Positions 1-9,023 are shown, counted from the first letter of the stretch. The stretch is DNA of 64,000 nt from an uncultured Candidatus Saccharibacteria bacterium (GCA_965225085.1 CBDDBE010000005.1:2378-66377); one strand, 5' to 3'. Translations and numbers: made by a program. The notes: generated by a model not told the origin, from the letters alone.

Positions 1-2802
1 AAGCTGTGCTCGGACTTTGCCGTTGATTTGCACGACGATGGTGATAACATCGGCTTGCAGATATTTTTCGTCCCACGTTGGCCAATGGTCAACATGAACC
101 GAGTCCTCGTGGCCGATCTCGTGCCATACTTCCTCGGCGATGTGCGGTGCGAATGGCGCGAGCAACTGCGCGAGGGTCTCGATCGCTTCCTTCCAGGCGG
201 GATTATCGGGGTGGGCTGGTAACTCGATTTTGATCTTGTATAGCTCGTTGACGTATTCCATCAGTGCCGCTACGGCAGTGTTAAAACCAAGTGTATGCAG
301 GTCCTCGGTTACTTTTCGGATGGTTCGGTGGGTCGCGATGGTCAGGCGCGTTTCGAACTCGCGGTCGATGACGGCCTGTTTGGCGCCAATGTATTCCTGC
401 GTCACATTCCACGCGCGTTGCAGGAAGCGATAGCAGCCACCCAGACCTTCGGTGCTCCAGTTGGTTTTCTGGTTCCATGGTCCGATGAAAAATTCCATCA
501 AGCGAATCGCGTCAGCGCCGTATCCGTCGGCTATCAGGTCATTGGGCGCGATGGTGTTGCCAAAGCTCTTGCTCATTTTGCGGCCATCTGGCGCCAAGAT
601 CATACCGTGGTTGCGCAGTGCCGTAAACGGTTCGTCAAAGTCAATCAGGCCAGCATCGTGCATCACCTTTGTCCAGAAACGGGCGTATAGCAGGTGCATA
701 ACAGCGTGCTCGGCGCCGCCGATATAGGTATCAACGGGCAGCCATTGGTCAACGAGCTTGCGATCAAATGCAGCGCGGTCGTTGTGAGGGTCGGCAAAAC
801 GCAGGAAATACCAACTCGAGCACGCAAACCCATCCATGGTGTCGGTCTCGCGCGTGGCCGGGCCACCACATTTTGGGCACGTTGTGCTGACCCATTCCGG
901 GACGCGCGCCAGAGGTGAGCGACCATCACCGGCAGGTTCATAACTTTTCATGATCGGTAGTTCAATCGGCAGCTGATCCGCCGGCACCGCAACGGCGCCG
1001 TCGTTAGGACAGTGGACGATTGGGATCGGCGCCCCCCAATAGCGTTGACGGCTGATCAGCCAGTCGCGGATTTTGTAGTTGATACGCTCGCGGCCCAGGC
1101 CTTTTTTGTGCAGATCGGCAACGATTTGCTCGCGCGCCTCAGAACTACTTAGACCGTCGTATTTGCCGGAATTGACTATGACGCCTTCACCAGAGAATAC
1201 TCCTGACTGAAAAAGCGACGCGCTGCTTGTTGTGTCGTAGCCAAGCTCAATAGCTCTGGCGACTGCCCTTCGTAGAAAAATTTGATAGTGGTCATAGTCA
1301 CCCTCGGCGTGGCTTTCCCAGGCTGCCAGCACATCAGCAGGATCCAGCCATTCAAGCCGAAAGTCTTTTTCGTGTTTTTCAAGCTTTGTCTGGATGGTTT
1401 TGGAGCTCTTGAGGATTACAAGTAGACAGGTTGCTTTGGCGCGACGATTGGTCTTTTTGAGCGCGTGACGATAATGCCCATAGGCCACACCGATCTCTTC
1501 CGTATGGTCAAGATCAATTAGTCCGCCTTCCTCGGCCACTTCACGCAAGATACCCGCATGCAAATCTTCGCCAGGTTCTACGCCGCCAGCAAGCAGGAAT
1601 GGCCATTTGCCGTCGCCATTTTTTAGAAAGGCATACTTTTGCGTCTTTGGGTCAAAAACTATCGCACAACCGCCTTCGGCTGCCGTTTCTTCATCTCGGT
1701 GAATTCCTGTCTCTGGTGCGACGACCTGTCGTATGGGCAATTTGAACTTCTCGGCAAAGGCAAAATCGCGCTCGTCATGGGCGGGAACGGCCATGATCGC
1801 GCCTGTTCCGTAGCCCATCAGCACGTAATCGGCAATCCAGATCGGAACGCGCTGGCCGTTGACCGGATTAATAGCGTGAGCACCGGTAAATACACCTGTT
1901 TTGTCGCGCTGGGTGTCCATGCGGTCGATATCGCTTTTGGCAATGCTGGCCGCAATGTACTCGGCGACAGTTTCCTGCTGATTATCGCTAGCGAGTTGTG
2001 AGGCTAGGGGGTGCTCCGGGGCAAGCACGACAAAGGTTGCGCCGTAAAGCGTATCGGGACGAGTAGTGAAGATGCTGAATTTGTGCTTACTGTCTGCAAC
2101 TTCGAACGTGACCTCAGCGCCCTTGCTGCGCCCAATCCAATTGCGCTGCATGGACTTGATGGCGTCCGACCAGTCGACATTATCGAGATCGTCGCTTAAG
2201 CGGTCGGCGTAGTCGGTGATTTTGAAGAACCATTGTTTGAGCGGCTTCTTGGTCACAACATTGCCGCAGCGCCAGCAGCGTCCGGCTTCGACTTGTTCGT
2301 TGGCTAGGACGGTTTTGTCGGTGTCGCACCACCACTGTAGGCTCTCCTTTTGGTAGGCTAGCCCGCGTTCGAACAGAAGCCCAAAGAGCCACTGCGTCCA
2401 CTTGTAATAGTCCGGATCACTACTGCCAAATTCGCGTGTCCAGTCGATGCCAATGCCCATTTGGATAAGTTGTTTCTTGAAATACGTGGTGTTCTTCTTG
2501 ACCGATTCCTGAGGTGCCACGCCAGTTTTGATGGCGTAATTTTCGGCCGGCAAACCAAACTCGTCCCATCCCATTGGGTGCAGAACGTTCTGTCCGCGTT
2601 GACGGGCAAACCGTGCCAGCGCGTCGGTGATGGTGTAATTGCGTACATGCCCTACGTGCATAGCGGCGCCCGATGGGTACGGAAAGAAATCGAGGATGTA
2701 ATTTTTGGGCTTGGGCGAGCTATCGCTAGCCTGGTAAATGCCAGTCTCGGCCCAGATTTTTTGCCATTTTGGTTCAATGTCGGAGGGGTTGTAGCGTTTC
2801 AT
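1..2802 (-). CDS. leuS: Leucyl-tRNA synthetase; the C-terminal ~40 aa lie beyond the left window edge; contains an in-frame Nudix-domain insertion
   Basis: Own translation: the minus frame is open from ATG 2802 to position 1 (not in the ORF track because there is no stop in the window). MKRYNPSDIEPKWQKIW..PYPSGAAMHVGHVRNY (HIGH), FTTRPDTLYGATFVVLAPEH (editing domain), AVPAHDERDFAFAEKFKLPI, RDWLISRQRYWGAPIP, DGRKMSKSFGN (KMSKS). Confidence 0.93.
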   Translation of the reverse strand, partial: MKRYNPSDIEPKWQKIWAETGIYQASDSSPKPKNYILDFFPYPSGAAMHVGHVRNYTITDALARFARQRGQNVLHPMGWDEFGLPAENYAIKTGVAPQESVKKNTTYFKKQLIQMGIGIDWTREFGSSDPDYYKWTQWLFGLLFERGLAYQKESLQWWCDTDKTVLANEQVEAGRCWRCGNVVTKKPLKQWFFKITDYADRLSDDLDNVDWSDAIKSMQRNWIGRSKGAEVTFEVADSKHKFSIFTTRPDTLYGATFVVLAPEHPLASQLASDNQQETVAEYIAASIAKSDIDRMDTQRDKTGVFTGAHAINPVNGQRVPIWIADYVLMGYGTGAIMAVPAHDERDFAFAEKFKLPIRQVVAPETGIHRDEETAAEGGCAIVFDPKTQKYAFLKNGDGKWPFLLAGGVEPGEDLHAGILREVAEEGGLIDLDHTEEIGVAYGHYRHALKKTNRRAKATCLLVILKSSKTIQTKLEKHEKDFRLEWLDPADVLAAWESHAEGDYDHYQIFLRRAVARAIELGYDTTSSASLFQSGVFSGEGVIVNSGKYDGLSSSEAREQIVADLHKKGLGRERINYKIRDWLISRQRYWGAPIPIVHCPNDGAVAVPADQLPIELPIMKSYEPAGDGRSPLARVPEWVSTTCPKCGGPATRETDTMDGFACSSWYFLRFADPHNDRAAFDRKLVDQWLPVDTYIGGAEHAVMHLLYARFWTKVMHDAGLIDFDEPFTALRNHGMILAPDGRKMSKSFGNTIAPNDLIADGYGADAIRLMEFFIGPWNQKTNWSTEGLGGCYRFLQRAWNVTQEYIGAKQAVIDREFETRLTIATHRTIRKVTEDLHTLGFNTAVAALMEYVNELYKIKIELPAHPDNPAWKEAIETLAQLLAPFAPHIAEEVWHEIGHEDSVHVDHWPTWDEKYLQADVITIVVQINGKVRAQL
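1186..1719 (-). other. ~178-aa segment inside LeuRS carrying a Nudix hydrolase domain (Nudix box at 1519-1587)
   Basis: In frame with leuS: ..EGGCAIVFDPKTQKYAFLKNGDGKWPFLLAGGVEPGEDLHAGILREVAEEGGLIDLDHTEEIG.. ; GGVEPGEDLHAGILREVAEEGGL fits GX5EX7REUXEEXGU exactly. Confidence 0.8.
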
Positions 2803-2884
2803 TAATAGCTATTATAGCGGTTCGGCCCCTGTAAGGCTAGCTTCATGGCGTGACGCGGCGTGCGTTGCTGTGTGGTCTATGTAA

Positions 2885-2910
2885 ATCCGGGCGCATCGCT
2901 GCGCCCGGAT
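2885..2910 (-). terminator. Stem-loop (10-bp arms atccgggcgc/gcgcccggat, 6-nt loop) just downstream of the 94-aa ORF
   Basis: Perfect inverted repeat read directly from the sequence; 4 nt after the stop at 2914. Confidence 0.45.
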
Positions 2911-2913
2911 GTC

Positions 2914-3198
2914 TCACTTGAGCAGGTTCTCGAGCACATTGTAGGCCCAAACGCCCGCCTCATCCTTGGTCTTTATTCCTAGACTCTCTGGCTTTCCGCC
3001 ACCGATTGTAATGGCGATCAGATTGCCATTACGATTCATCTTGATCTCCGCCGAGTACTCAAAAGCCCCTAGCCATTCAAGGCTGATTATTTTGATGACC
3101 TCGGTCTCGGTGAGGTGGATTGTCACCCGATAGCTGTGGCCGCCGTTAGGGAAGGTAGTACAGTGTACATGCTGCACATGCATGAGCTTGCCTCTCAA
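2914..3198 (-). CDS. Hypothetical protein (94 aa)
   Basis: ORF track; sits between murF and leuS on the same strand and is followed by a hairpin. No recognisable motif. Confidence 0.4.
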   Translation of the reverse strand: MRGKLMHVQHVHCTTFPNGGHSYRVTIHLTETEVIKIISLEWLGAFEYSAEIKMNRNGNLIAITIGGGKPESLGIKTKDEAGVWAYNVLENLLK

Positions 3199-3225
3199 AC
3201 ACGGGTACGTGACCGAAATAGTATA

Positions 3226-4512
3226 CTAAGATGTAGCCGAGCGATCAAACATCGCCTCTTTCTTAGCGATCCATTCAGTGCTTTGGCGAACCAGTTGACC
3301 GTCCTCTTCTGTTGCGTGCAGGAGTATTTTGACGGCTTCCTCGGCAAAGACGCCGTTTTGGGAGCCCTTGGCCAGGACGACTCCACGTCTATGTAGCACC
3401 GAATGCGCAAATGCTCCGGCATCGTATGGACTATCAAAGCTTCGAACTTGGCAGCCGCGCTTGACGGCAGCTGGCGCCAGGTACTTTTTGGCTTCGTCAC
3501 CGATCGTAATGACCCAATCTAGCTGCGCAGGGTCGCACAAAGCACCAAGCTCTTGATGGGCTTTTGCCGAGAGTTCACCCAGCTCGTTCATGCTGCCCAG
3601 GATGGCGATTTTTTGCTTGTTGGGAAATAGGTACAGCGTTTGTAGCGCGGCTGCAGCTGCGGCCGGGCTAGAATTGTACGTGTCATCGATGATGGTTGAA
3701 TCGAGCAATCCTTTTAGGATGTTCATGCGCCCCTTGACGGGTCGGAGTGCGGTTAATCCGTCGGCAATCTCCTTTTGGCTCAGGCCCATTTTGATGCCCA
3801 CCAAGCCGGCTGCCACCGCGGCCTTAACGTTATGCTCGCCGGCTAGCCTTAGTACAATTTGCTGCTCGCCGAATTCTGGCGATACGAATTTACCGGCGAA
3901 TCCGACACCAGCTTCAAAATCCTCAATCAGATAATGATACTCTGCCACGCCGCTCGTCCCGTAGGTGTCGATGTTGCCGTTGACCACATAGCGGGCAAAT
4001 GATTCGTCGATGTCGTCGCGATTAATGACCGCCAACTCGCTAAAGTTCGCGACTGCTAGCTCCTCCTGCGCAACGGCCTCGATAGTCTTGAAAAATTCCA
4101 TGTGCTCGGCCGTGACCGCTGTGACGACGGCGATGTCTGGATGCAAATAAGTACCAAACCGCATAATGTCACCCGGCTTATCCGTACCAAGCTCGAGGAT
4201 CAGCACGTCGAAGTCAAATGGCCGATGAATCTTGAGCTCCATGTACCACAGTTGCATCAGCCAGGTGAATGGATTCTTCAGCTGCGCCAGTGGCGGCATG
4301 GGCAGGTTGAAGATGGCCATCGGCACGCTGGCTTCAGTGTTGAAATTACCGTCCTGGCTCAACACTTTGTAGCGGTGGCCTAGCACCGTTGCGATGGCTA
4401 GCTTGGTGCTGGTTTTGCCCACGCTACCAGTAACCGCAACGATTTTGGGTCGATGCTGACGCAGAAAACGCCTGACCTGGAGCTCAACAAGGAATAAGAC
4501 GATGTTCTTCAT
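3226..4512 (-). CDS. murF: UDP-N-acetylmuramoyl-tripeptide--D-alanyl-D-alanine ligase (Mur ligase family, short form)
   Basis: VTGSVGKTSTK P-loop, ILELGTDKPGDI, DDTYNSSPAAAAAALQTL, ILGSMNELGE, LAKGSQNGVFAEEAV; this pattern is typical of MurF. Confidence 0.8.
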   Translation of the reverse strand: MKNIVLFLVELQVRRFLRQHRPKIVAVTGSVGKTSTKLAIATVLGHRYKVLSQDGNFNTEASVPMAIFNLPMPPLAQLKNPFTWLMQLWYMELKIHRPFDFDVLILELGTDKPGDIMRFGTYLHPDIAVVTAVTAEHMEFFKTIEAVAQEELAVANFSELAVINRDDIDESFARYVVNGNIDTYGTSGVAEYHYLIEDFEAGVGFAGKFVSPEFGEQQIVLRLAGEHNVKAAVAAGLVGIKMGLSQKEIADGLTALRPVKGRMNILKGLLDSTIIDDTYNSSPAAAAAALQTLYLFPNKQKIAILGSMNELGELSAKAHQELGALCDPAQLDWVITIGDEAKKYLAPAAVKRGCQVRSFDSPYDAGAFAHSVLHRRGVVLAKGSQNGVFAEEAVKILLHATEEDGQLVRQSTEWIAKKEAMFDRSATS

Positions 4513-4547
4513 TACTCTTATTGTAACGCAAAATGCTTGATTTGAAT

Positions 4548-4581
4548 CGCCTCGCCTGGTCCAAGTGAACCAGGCGAGGCG
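4548..4581 (-). terminator. Strong stem-loop (13-bp arms cgcctcgcctggt/accaggcgaggcg, 8-nt loop)
   Basis: Perfect inverted repeat; lies 20 nt downstream of the stop at 4601 of the frameshifted small gene. Confidence 0.5.
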
Positions 4582-4600
4582 TGTGGCGTTGACGCTGTCG

Positions 4601-4944
4601 TTACTCTTCGCCGGCTGAAGCGTGGGAGAATTCTTCGAGGTATGGCTCCTTTGCGGACAACGCGCTCCGCAGGACGTCCGGACTGTCCTTCAGGATGGCT
4701 CTGAGATAGTCGTCAAAGCGCGGCATGAGCAGTTTGTAGCCCTTTGTAGGCGCCGCATAGCGGTCGAGTATCGCCCGGTGAAGTGCGGTGACAACGCTAC
4801 GCCGTCGATGTATCTCCCGGCAAGGGATTCCACAACGAGTGGATAAAACACCTCAGCTCGTTCACGGTTTCTGCTCACCAGCAGTAGGCGGCGCGTTAGC
4901 TCGTCGGCATCCACAACAGTGGTGGACGGTCCCCGGTTGGCCAT
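4601..4944 (-). pseudogene. Small gene (~114 codons) apparently interrupted by a 1-nt frameshift; function unknown
   Basis: Frame from ATG 4944 reads MANRGPSTTVVDADELTRRLLLVSRNRERAEVFYPLVVESLAGRYIDG.. . A second frame continues ..VVTALHRAILDRYAAPTKGYKLLMPRFDDYLRAILKDSPDVLRSALSAKEPYLEEFSHASAGEE and stops at 4601, immediately before the hairpin. The track ORF 4690..4980 is the unshifted reading. Confidence 0.35.
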
Positions 4945-5093
4945 GATAGCCTTTCTGACTATTGTGATAATCCAGCTCACGCTAAGTGACTTTTCCTGGC
5001 CACGACGGCCAAGACAAATGTAATAATATCATCGCGGGACGCTCCGCATAACCCCCTACCTTGACCGACCTACGAGAATTCATAGGGCTGCCA

Positions 5094-5170
5094 TGGTGGA
5101 GATAGGGAGATTCGAACTCCCGACCTCTTGCATGCCATGCAAGCGCTCTAACCAGCTGAGCTATATCCCC
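5094..5170 (-). tRNA. tRNA-Ala (anticodon GGC), CCA encoded
   Basis: The reverse complement folds as a cloverleaf: GGGGATA-TA-GCTC-AGCTGGTTA-GAGC-G-CTTGC-ATGGCAT-GCAAG-AGGTC-GGGAG-TTCGAAT-CTCCC-TATCTCC-ACCA. The G3:U70 alanine identity pair is present. Confidence 0.95.
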
Positions 5171-5477
5171 GCGTGGGGTAATGAGGCAGATTGTACCAGA
5201 TACGCGCCCAAAAAGAAACTACCCTCGATGCCCACAAGTCAGGTAGTTTCATGTGTGCAAGCTCGCGCGCGCCCACCCGTGGCTCTTTTTGTTTGATGGT
5301 TTTTGTTTCGGATTACGCCAAGAGCCGTGGCGCACTAGCTGCATATACGCAGCATGGCACAAGCGTAGGCGGTTTGCAAGTGGGCTATACGGAATCTTGA
5401 TAGAGTATCGATTTTGTGGTAATGTTTCGAATTGTCAATGTCTTTTGCGGACAGCGTGAACATCGGTATGAAAAGAG

Positions 5478-6074
5478 GTGGGGCTTGTGGCTAATTACCA
5501 GCGAAGCTCAAAGAGTTCCAGTGGTGGCCCAACGGCTTCTATGGTAGTCTTTCTACTCGTGCTCGCTTTTATTGCTGCGGGCGTAGCAAAAAGCTTCCAT
5601 GTCGGAGGAGTGGGCTCAACCACGTCGCAGGTGCCATATAGCACCGTGAGCGGACGGCTACTAGCGGACGCGAAACAATATGACTCCGTCAGCTACGTCT
5701 GGGGCGGCGGACACGATCCGAAGAATTATCACAAGGGTGACGGGGTTGACTGTAGCGGCCTTATCGATATGGCGGTGTACGATGTAACCAAGACGGCCAA
5801 GAGTGATGTCGTGTCGGATTTCCCTCATGACTCACACTGGAAGAAGATCAACCCCAAGGACGTGCAGCCCGGTGACGTGTTGTATCTCATCCGCTCACCA
5901 ATCGATGACAGCCACATCGTTTTTGTAGATAGCTACACGAACGGTAAGCTGGTGGTCTTCGAGGCGTACGGCACGCAGGACAAAAGTGGTTCGATCCCCG
6001 CCGACAACCAGGTCCGTCAGTCGGACGGTTGGAAGCTCAGCCAGTTTACCGGAGCTTTGCGTTTTGTGGGATAG
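5478..6074 (+). CDS. Membrane-anchored NlpC/P60 (C40) cell-wall peptidase
   Basis: N-terminal TM (MVVFLLVLAFIAAGVA), YVWGGGHD..GVDCSGLIDMAVY (catalytic Cys), GDVLYL..SHIVFV (His). Confidence 0.8.
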   Translation: MGLVANYQRSSKSSSGGPTASMVVFLLVLAFIAAGVAKSFHVGGVGSTTSQVPYSTVSGRLLADAKQYDSVSYVWGGGHDPKNYHKGDGVDCSGLIDMAVYDVTKTAKSDVVSDFPHDSHWKKINPKDVQPGDVLYLIRSPIDDSHIVFVDSYTNGKLVVFEAYGTQDKSGSIPADNQVRQSDGWKLSQFTGALRFVG

Positions 6075-6133
6075 CCGTCTTGGCCGGGATAAGCATCGAG
6101 CTTGCCCGCCAGGGCGGCTCTTTGCTTTTGTAA

Positions 6134-6159
6134 AAGGGGCTCACTGCTGCGAGCCCCTT
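6134..6159. terminator. Stem-loop between convergent genes (9-bp arms aaggggctc/gagcccctt)
   Basis: Perfect inverted repeat flanked by T/A runs, between the 6074 (+) and 6167 (-) gene ends. Confidence 0.45.
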
Positions 6160-6166
6160 CTTGCGC

Positions 6167-6430
6167 CTAGGCCTTCCTCTGATTGCGCTTGGCACGTGCA
6201 AGGTCATGAAGCCGTTGACCGGTGGCCGTACCCTTGATGCCGTACAGATCGAGAAGCGCGTTCAGGCCGGTCATCGAGACCGGGACCTTTTCGTTCTCAA
6301 CCTTAAGCACTTTGTCCTTGGACCAGTCGAGCTGAGCGGCGACTTCAGCTTGGCTTAGGCCAGCATCGTGGCGAGCCTTGGATAGGAGCCGCGTAAACTC
6401 CGAAGGGTCACTCTTTTGGCGTGGACTCAC
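6167..6430 (-). CDS. XRE-family helix-turn-helix transcriptional regulator
   Basis: LLSKARHDAGLSQAEVAAQLDWSKDKVLKVENEKVPVSMTGLNALLDLYGI matches the HTH_XRE pattern. Confidence 0.75.
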   Translation of the reverse strand: MSPRQKSDPSEFTRLLSKARHDAGLSQAEVAAQLDWSKDKVLKVENEKVPVSMTGLNALLDLYGIKGTATGQRLHDLARAKRNQRKA

Positions 6431-6477
6431 CCTGCCTCCTCGTGTGGACTCCGAATGCCAGAATAGTATAACATGCC

Positions 6478-6506
6478 TTGAGTGTTGTTTGGTTTTACGC
6501 TATAAT
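6478..6506 (+). promoter_or_regulatory. Sigma70-like promoter upstream of rpmF (TTGAGT-17-TATAAT)
   Basis: Consensus-like hexamers read in the sequence; the aaaggag RBS at about 6533 precedes ATG 6550. Confidence 0.4.
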
Positions 6507-6549
6507 ATGACGCAAGTTATATCTATAAAGCTAAAGGAGTCAGTCGGAT

Positions 6550-6705
6550 ATGGGTAAACCCAAGAAACAGACAAGCCCACGCAAGACGGGCTTGCGCCGT
6601 AGCCATTTGGTTGTAAAACTTGCACGCATGGTTAACGCAACCTCACCAGTCAAGGCCTACACAACCAGGCGCGAGAGCGGCAAGAAGAAGCCTTCTAAGG
6701 TATAA
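6550..6705 (+). CDS. rpmF: 50S ribosomal protein L32
   Basis: Own translation (below the track size cutoff): MGKPKKQTSPRKTGLRRSHLVVKLARMVNATSPVKAYTTRRESGKKKPSKV. The PK.K.S..R...RRSH motif is typical of L32. Confidence 0.85.
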   Translation: MGKPKKQTSPRKTGLRRSHLVVKLARMVNATSPVKAYTTRRESGKKKPSKV

Positions 6706-6755
6706 ATAAGTTTGCATTTGTAATTTAAAATATAACGCGCAAGAATAGACGTAAT

Positions 6756-7232
6756 ATGGCATCAAACCGACATCTTGGCCGAATCATCGCCCTTCAAACA
6801 CTATATGAGTTTGATTTTCGTCAGGGTGCTGGCGACACAAGTGTTGATATCGACGAGGTATTAGGGCGTAATCTCGAGCGATACAATGACACTGTCGACG
6901 ACAAAGACTTCGTAACGACATTGGTGCACGGCACGGGTTCGCAGTTCGAGGAGCTCGATGCAACCATCCAGCCTATCGCACCGGAATGGCCGCTCGACCA
7001 AATTGCCCGTATCGACAAAACTATCTTGCGCTTGGCGCTGTACGAGCTTCTGCATTTGCAGGAACTCGTTCCGCCAAAGGTTGCCATCAACGAAGCTGTA
7101 GAATTAGCCAAGGCTTTTGGTGGTGACAATTCATCCAAGTTTGTAAACGGCGTGCTTGGTACGGCTTACCGCACGCTGATCGAAGGGAAACCTCATGCCA
7201 ACCCCCACGAATCCCAAGACGCCGAGCTTTGA
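6756..7232 (+). CDS. nusB: Transcription antitermination factor NusB
   Basis: RIIALQTLYEFDFR.., IARIDKTILRLALYELLH, AINEAVELAKAFGGDNSSKFVNGVL. Confidence 0.85.
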   Translation: MASNRHLGRIIALQTLYEFDFRQGAGDTSVDIDEVLGRNLERYNDTVDDKDFVTTLVHGTGSQFEELDATIQPIAPEWPLDQIARIDKTILRLALYELLHLQELVPPKVAINEAVELAKAFGGDNSSKFVNGVLGTAYRTLIEGKPHANPHESQDAEL

Positions 7233-7743
7233 CCCGATTGGTAAGTTTAGCGAACAGATTAATGAGCGTTTCAAGAAATATTTTATTCGCCGCAAGCCTT
7301 CTATTCAGGAAGTGGTCCGCGAGCCGACCGCTGGTGGGATAGTTTTTCGTCGCAGCGCCGACACTAATGAAGTCCAAATACTCCTCATTCAGGATGCCAA
7401 GGACCGCTGGACCATCCCCAAGGGTCACATCGAAGAAGGCGAGACCGCCAAAGAAACCGCTGGCCGTGAAATCATGGAAGAAACTGGCCTGCAGGAAATG
7501 AATGTCCTGTCATGGCTGGGCAAGATTCATTTCCGGTATCGCCGCCAACAGAGCTTGGTGCTGATGACCACGCAAATTTATCTGGTGTTTGCCAAAGGTG
7601 ACACTAACGCGCTGAAGAAGGAAGAGTGGATGAATGGCATCGGGTGGTTTAACGTGCACGAGGCATTAGATATGATTGAATATGAGGACATCGGGAAGCT
7701 AATACTGCTTGCCATGAAGAAGATACGAGATGCAGGACTATAG
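7195..7743 (+). CDS. Nudix hydrolase
   Basis: GGIVFRR..WTIPKGHIEEGETAKETAGREIMEETGL (Nudix box). Overlaps the nusB 3' end. Confidence 0.8.
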   Translation: MPTPTNPKTPSFDPIGKFSEQINERFKKYFIRRKPSIQEVVREPTAGGIVFRRSADTNEVQILLIQDAKDRWTIPKGHIEEGETAKETAGREIMEETGLQEMNVLSWLGKIHFRYRRQQSLVLMTTQIYLVFAKGDTNALKKEEWMNGIGWFNVHEALDMIEYEDIGKLILLAMKKIRDAGL

Positions 7744-8437
7744 TAAATACCAGGACTACGCACGCGAGACGTTCGGGTTTGAATTTGATAACCCCGAGCT
7801 GATTCTAACGGCATTTACGCACCGCAGCTACGTCAACGAGCACAAGAAGAGCACCCGCGAGCACAACGAGCGCCTGGAGTTCTTGGGCGACGCCGTTCTG
7901 GAATTGGTTGTCACCGAGTATTTGTTTGCTAATTATGCCGAGCCAGAAGGTATTTTGACAAATTGGCGTTCCGCCTTGGTGCGGACTGAATCTATCGGCG
8001 CTGCGTCGGCGCGACTAGGCTACGAGGCCATGCTTCGTCTGAGCCGCGGTGAAAAACAAGGCTCGGAGCGCGCTCGCCAGCAGATTCTGGCCAATACTTT
8101 CGAAGCGGTTATCGGCGCCGTATATCTGGACAAAGGCTACGAAGCAGCCAAGAAAGTCATTCATGACCACATCCTTAGCACATTCGAGGAGATCCTCGAG
8201 ACCGGTAGCTGGCGCGATCCCAAATCTCGCCTGCAGGAAGTTGCTCAGAGTATCGATGGCATGACACCGTCTTACAAGGTGTTGGCCGAAGAAGGTCCAG
8301 ACCACGACAAGATCTTTACACTTGGTGTATACGTCGGCGCTAAATTGCTCGGCAAGGGCAGCGGCAGCTCGAAGCAAAACGCACAGCAAAAAGCCGCCCA
8401 GGCCGCGCTAAAAACGTACCAAGATCATAAAGAATAA
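7730..8437 (+). CDS. rnc: Ribonuclease III
   Basis: ERLEFLGDAVLELVVTEYLF signature plus a C-terminal dsRBD (GPDHDKIFTLGVYV..GKGSGSSKQNAQQKAAQAAL). Confidence 0.92.
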   Translation: MQDYSKYQDYARETFGFEFDNPELILTAFTHRSYVNEHKKSTREHNERLEFLGDAVLELVVTEYLFANYAEPEGILTNWRSALVRTESIGAASARLGYEAMLRLSRGEKQGSERARQQILANTFEAVIGAVYLDKGYEAAKKVIHDHILSTFEEILETGSWRDPKSRLQEVAQSIDGMTPSYKVLAEEGPDHDKIFTLGVYVGAKLLGKGSGSSKQNAQQKAAQAALKTYQDHKE

Positions 8438-8531
8438 CCCGCCGAGCGAGACTCCTCGGAGCCGGTTGCGACTCCGCCGTATCAAATTGGCCAGAAGAGG
8501 ATTCAGCCAGCAAGCTGTGGTGATCTTACAT

Positions 8532-8561
8532 TTGACAACAGAGGCCGGACTGGGGTATAAT
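8532..8561 (+). promoter_or_regulatory. Sigma70-like promoter upstream of rpsP (TTGACA-18-TATAAT)
   Basis: Both hexamers match the consensus exactly in the sequence. Confidence 0.5.
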
Positions 8562-8611
8562 GACTCGTAAAGTTTGTGACTAAAACGTAACTAGAGGAAA
8601 TTATATACACT

Positions 8612-8986
8612 ATGCTTGCTATTCGTCTGCAGCGTCTGGGCCGTAAGGCATTGCCGATTTACCGCCTGGCAGTTCAAGAATCTCGCCGTCACCCTAGCAG
8701 TGGCCGCGTTGTTGCCTATGTGGGCAGCTTTAACCCCCACACCAAAGAGACGTCGATTGACGCCGAGAAGGTTGGGTTCTATCTGAAGAATGGTGCGCAG
8801 CCATCACCACGTGTTGTACGCATCCTGACCGAGCAGAAGATCGAGCTTCCATCGTGGGTCAAAGCAAGCAGCGAGAAGAGCCACAAGATACGCCACCCAG
8901 AGAAGCTCCGCAAGAATCAGCCCAAGGAAGAGGCGACCGAAGCCCCAACCGAAGAAGCTCCCGAAGCAAGCAAAGAAGAAGCGTAG
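8612..8986 (+). CDS. rpsP: 30S ribosomal protein S16 with a charged C-terminal extension
   Basis: MLAIRLQRLGRKALPIYRLAVQESRRHPSSGRVVAYVGSFNP. Confidence 0.92.
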   Translation: MLAIRLQRLGRKALPIYRLAVQESRRHPSSGRVVAYVGSFNPHTKETSIDAEKVGFYLKNGAQPSPRVVRILTEQKIELPSWVKASSEKSHKIRHPEKLRKNQPKEEATEAPTEEAPEASKEEA

Positions 8987-8994
8987 ATAGTCGA

Positions 8995-9023
8995 ATCGCC
9001 CGGTCCACCATGTGCCGGGCGAT
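8995..9023 (+). terminator. Stem-loop after rpsP (9-bp arms atcgcccgg/ccgggcgat) followed by a T-rich tract
   Basis: Perfect inverted repeat 9 nt after the stop. Confidence 0.5.

Noticed and set aside
1176-1382. 68-aa track ORF inside leuS
   Set aside because: It is out of frame with the continuous LeuRS-Nudix reading frame, which is conserved on both sides.
5171-6430. tRNA-Ala-adjacent integrated element (NlpC/P60 plus XRE regulator)
   Set aside because: There is no integrase and I found no duplicated tRNA 3' end. The 9-bp-arm hairpin at 5215-5250 is the only structure seen, which is insufficient evidence for an island.
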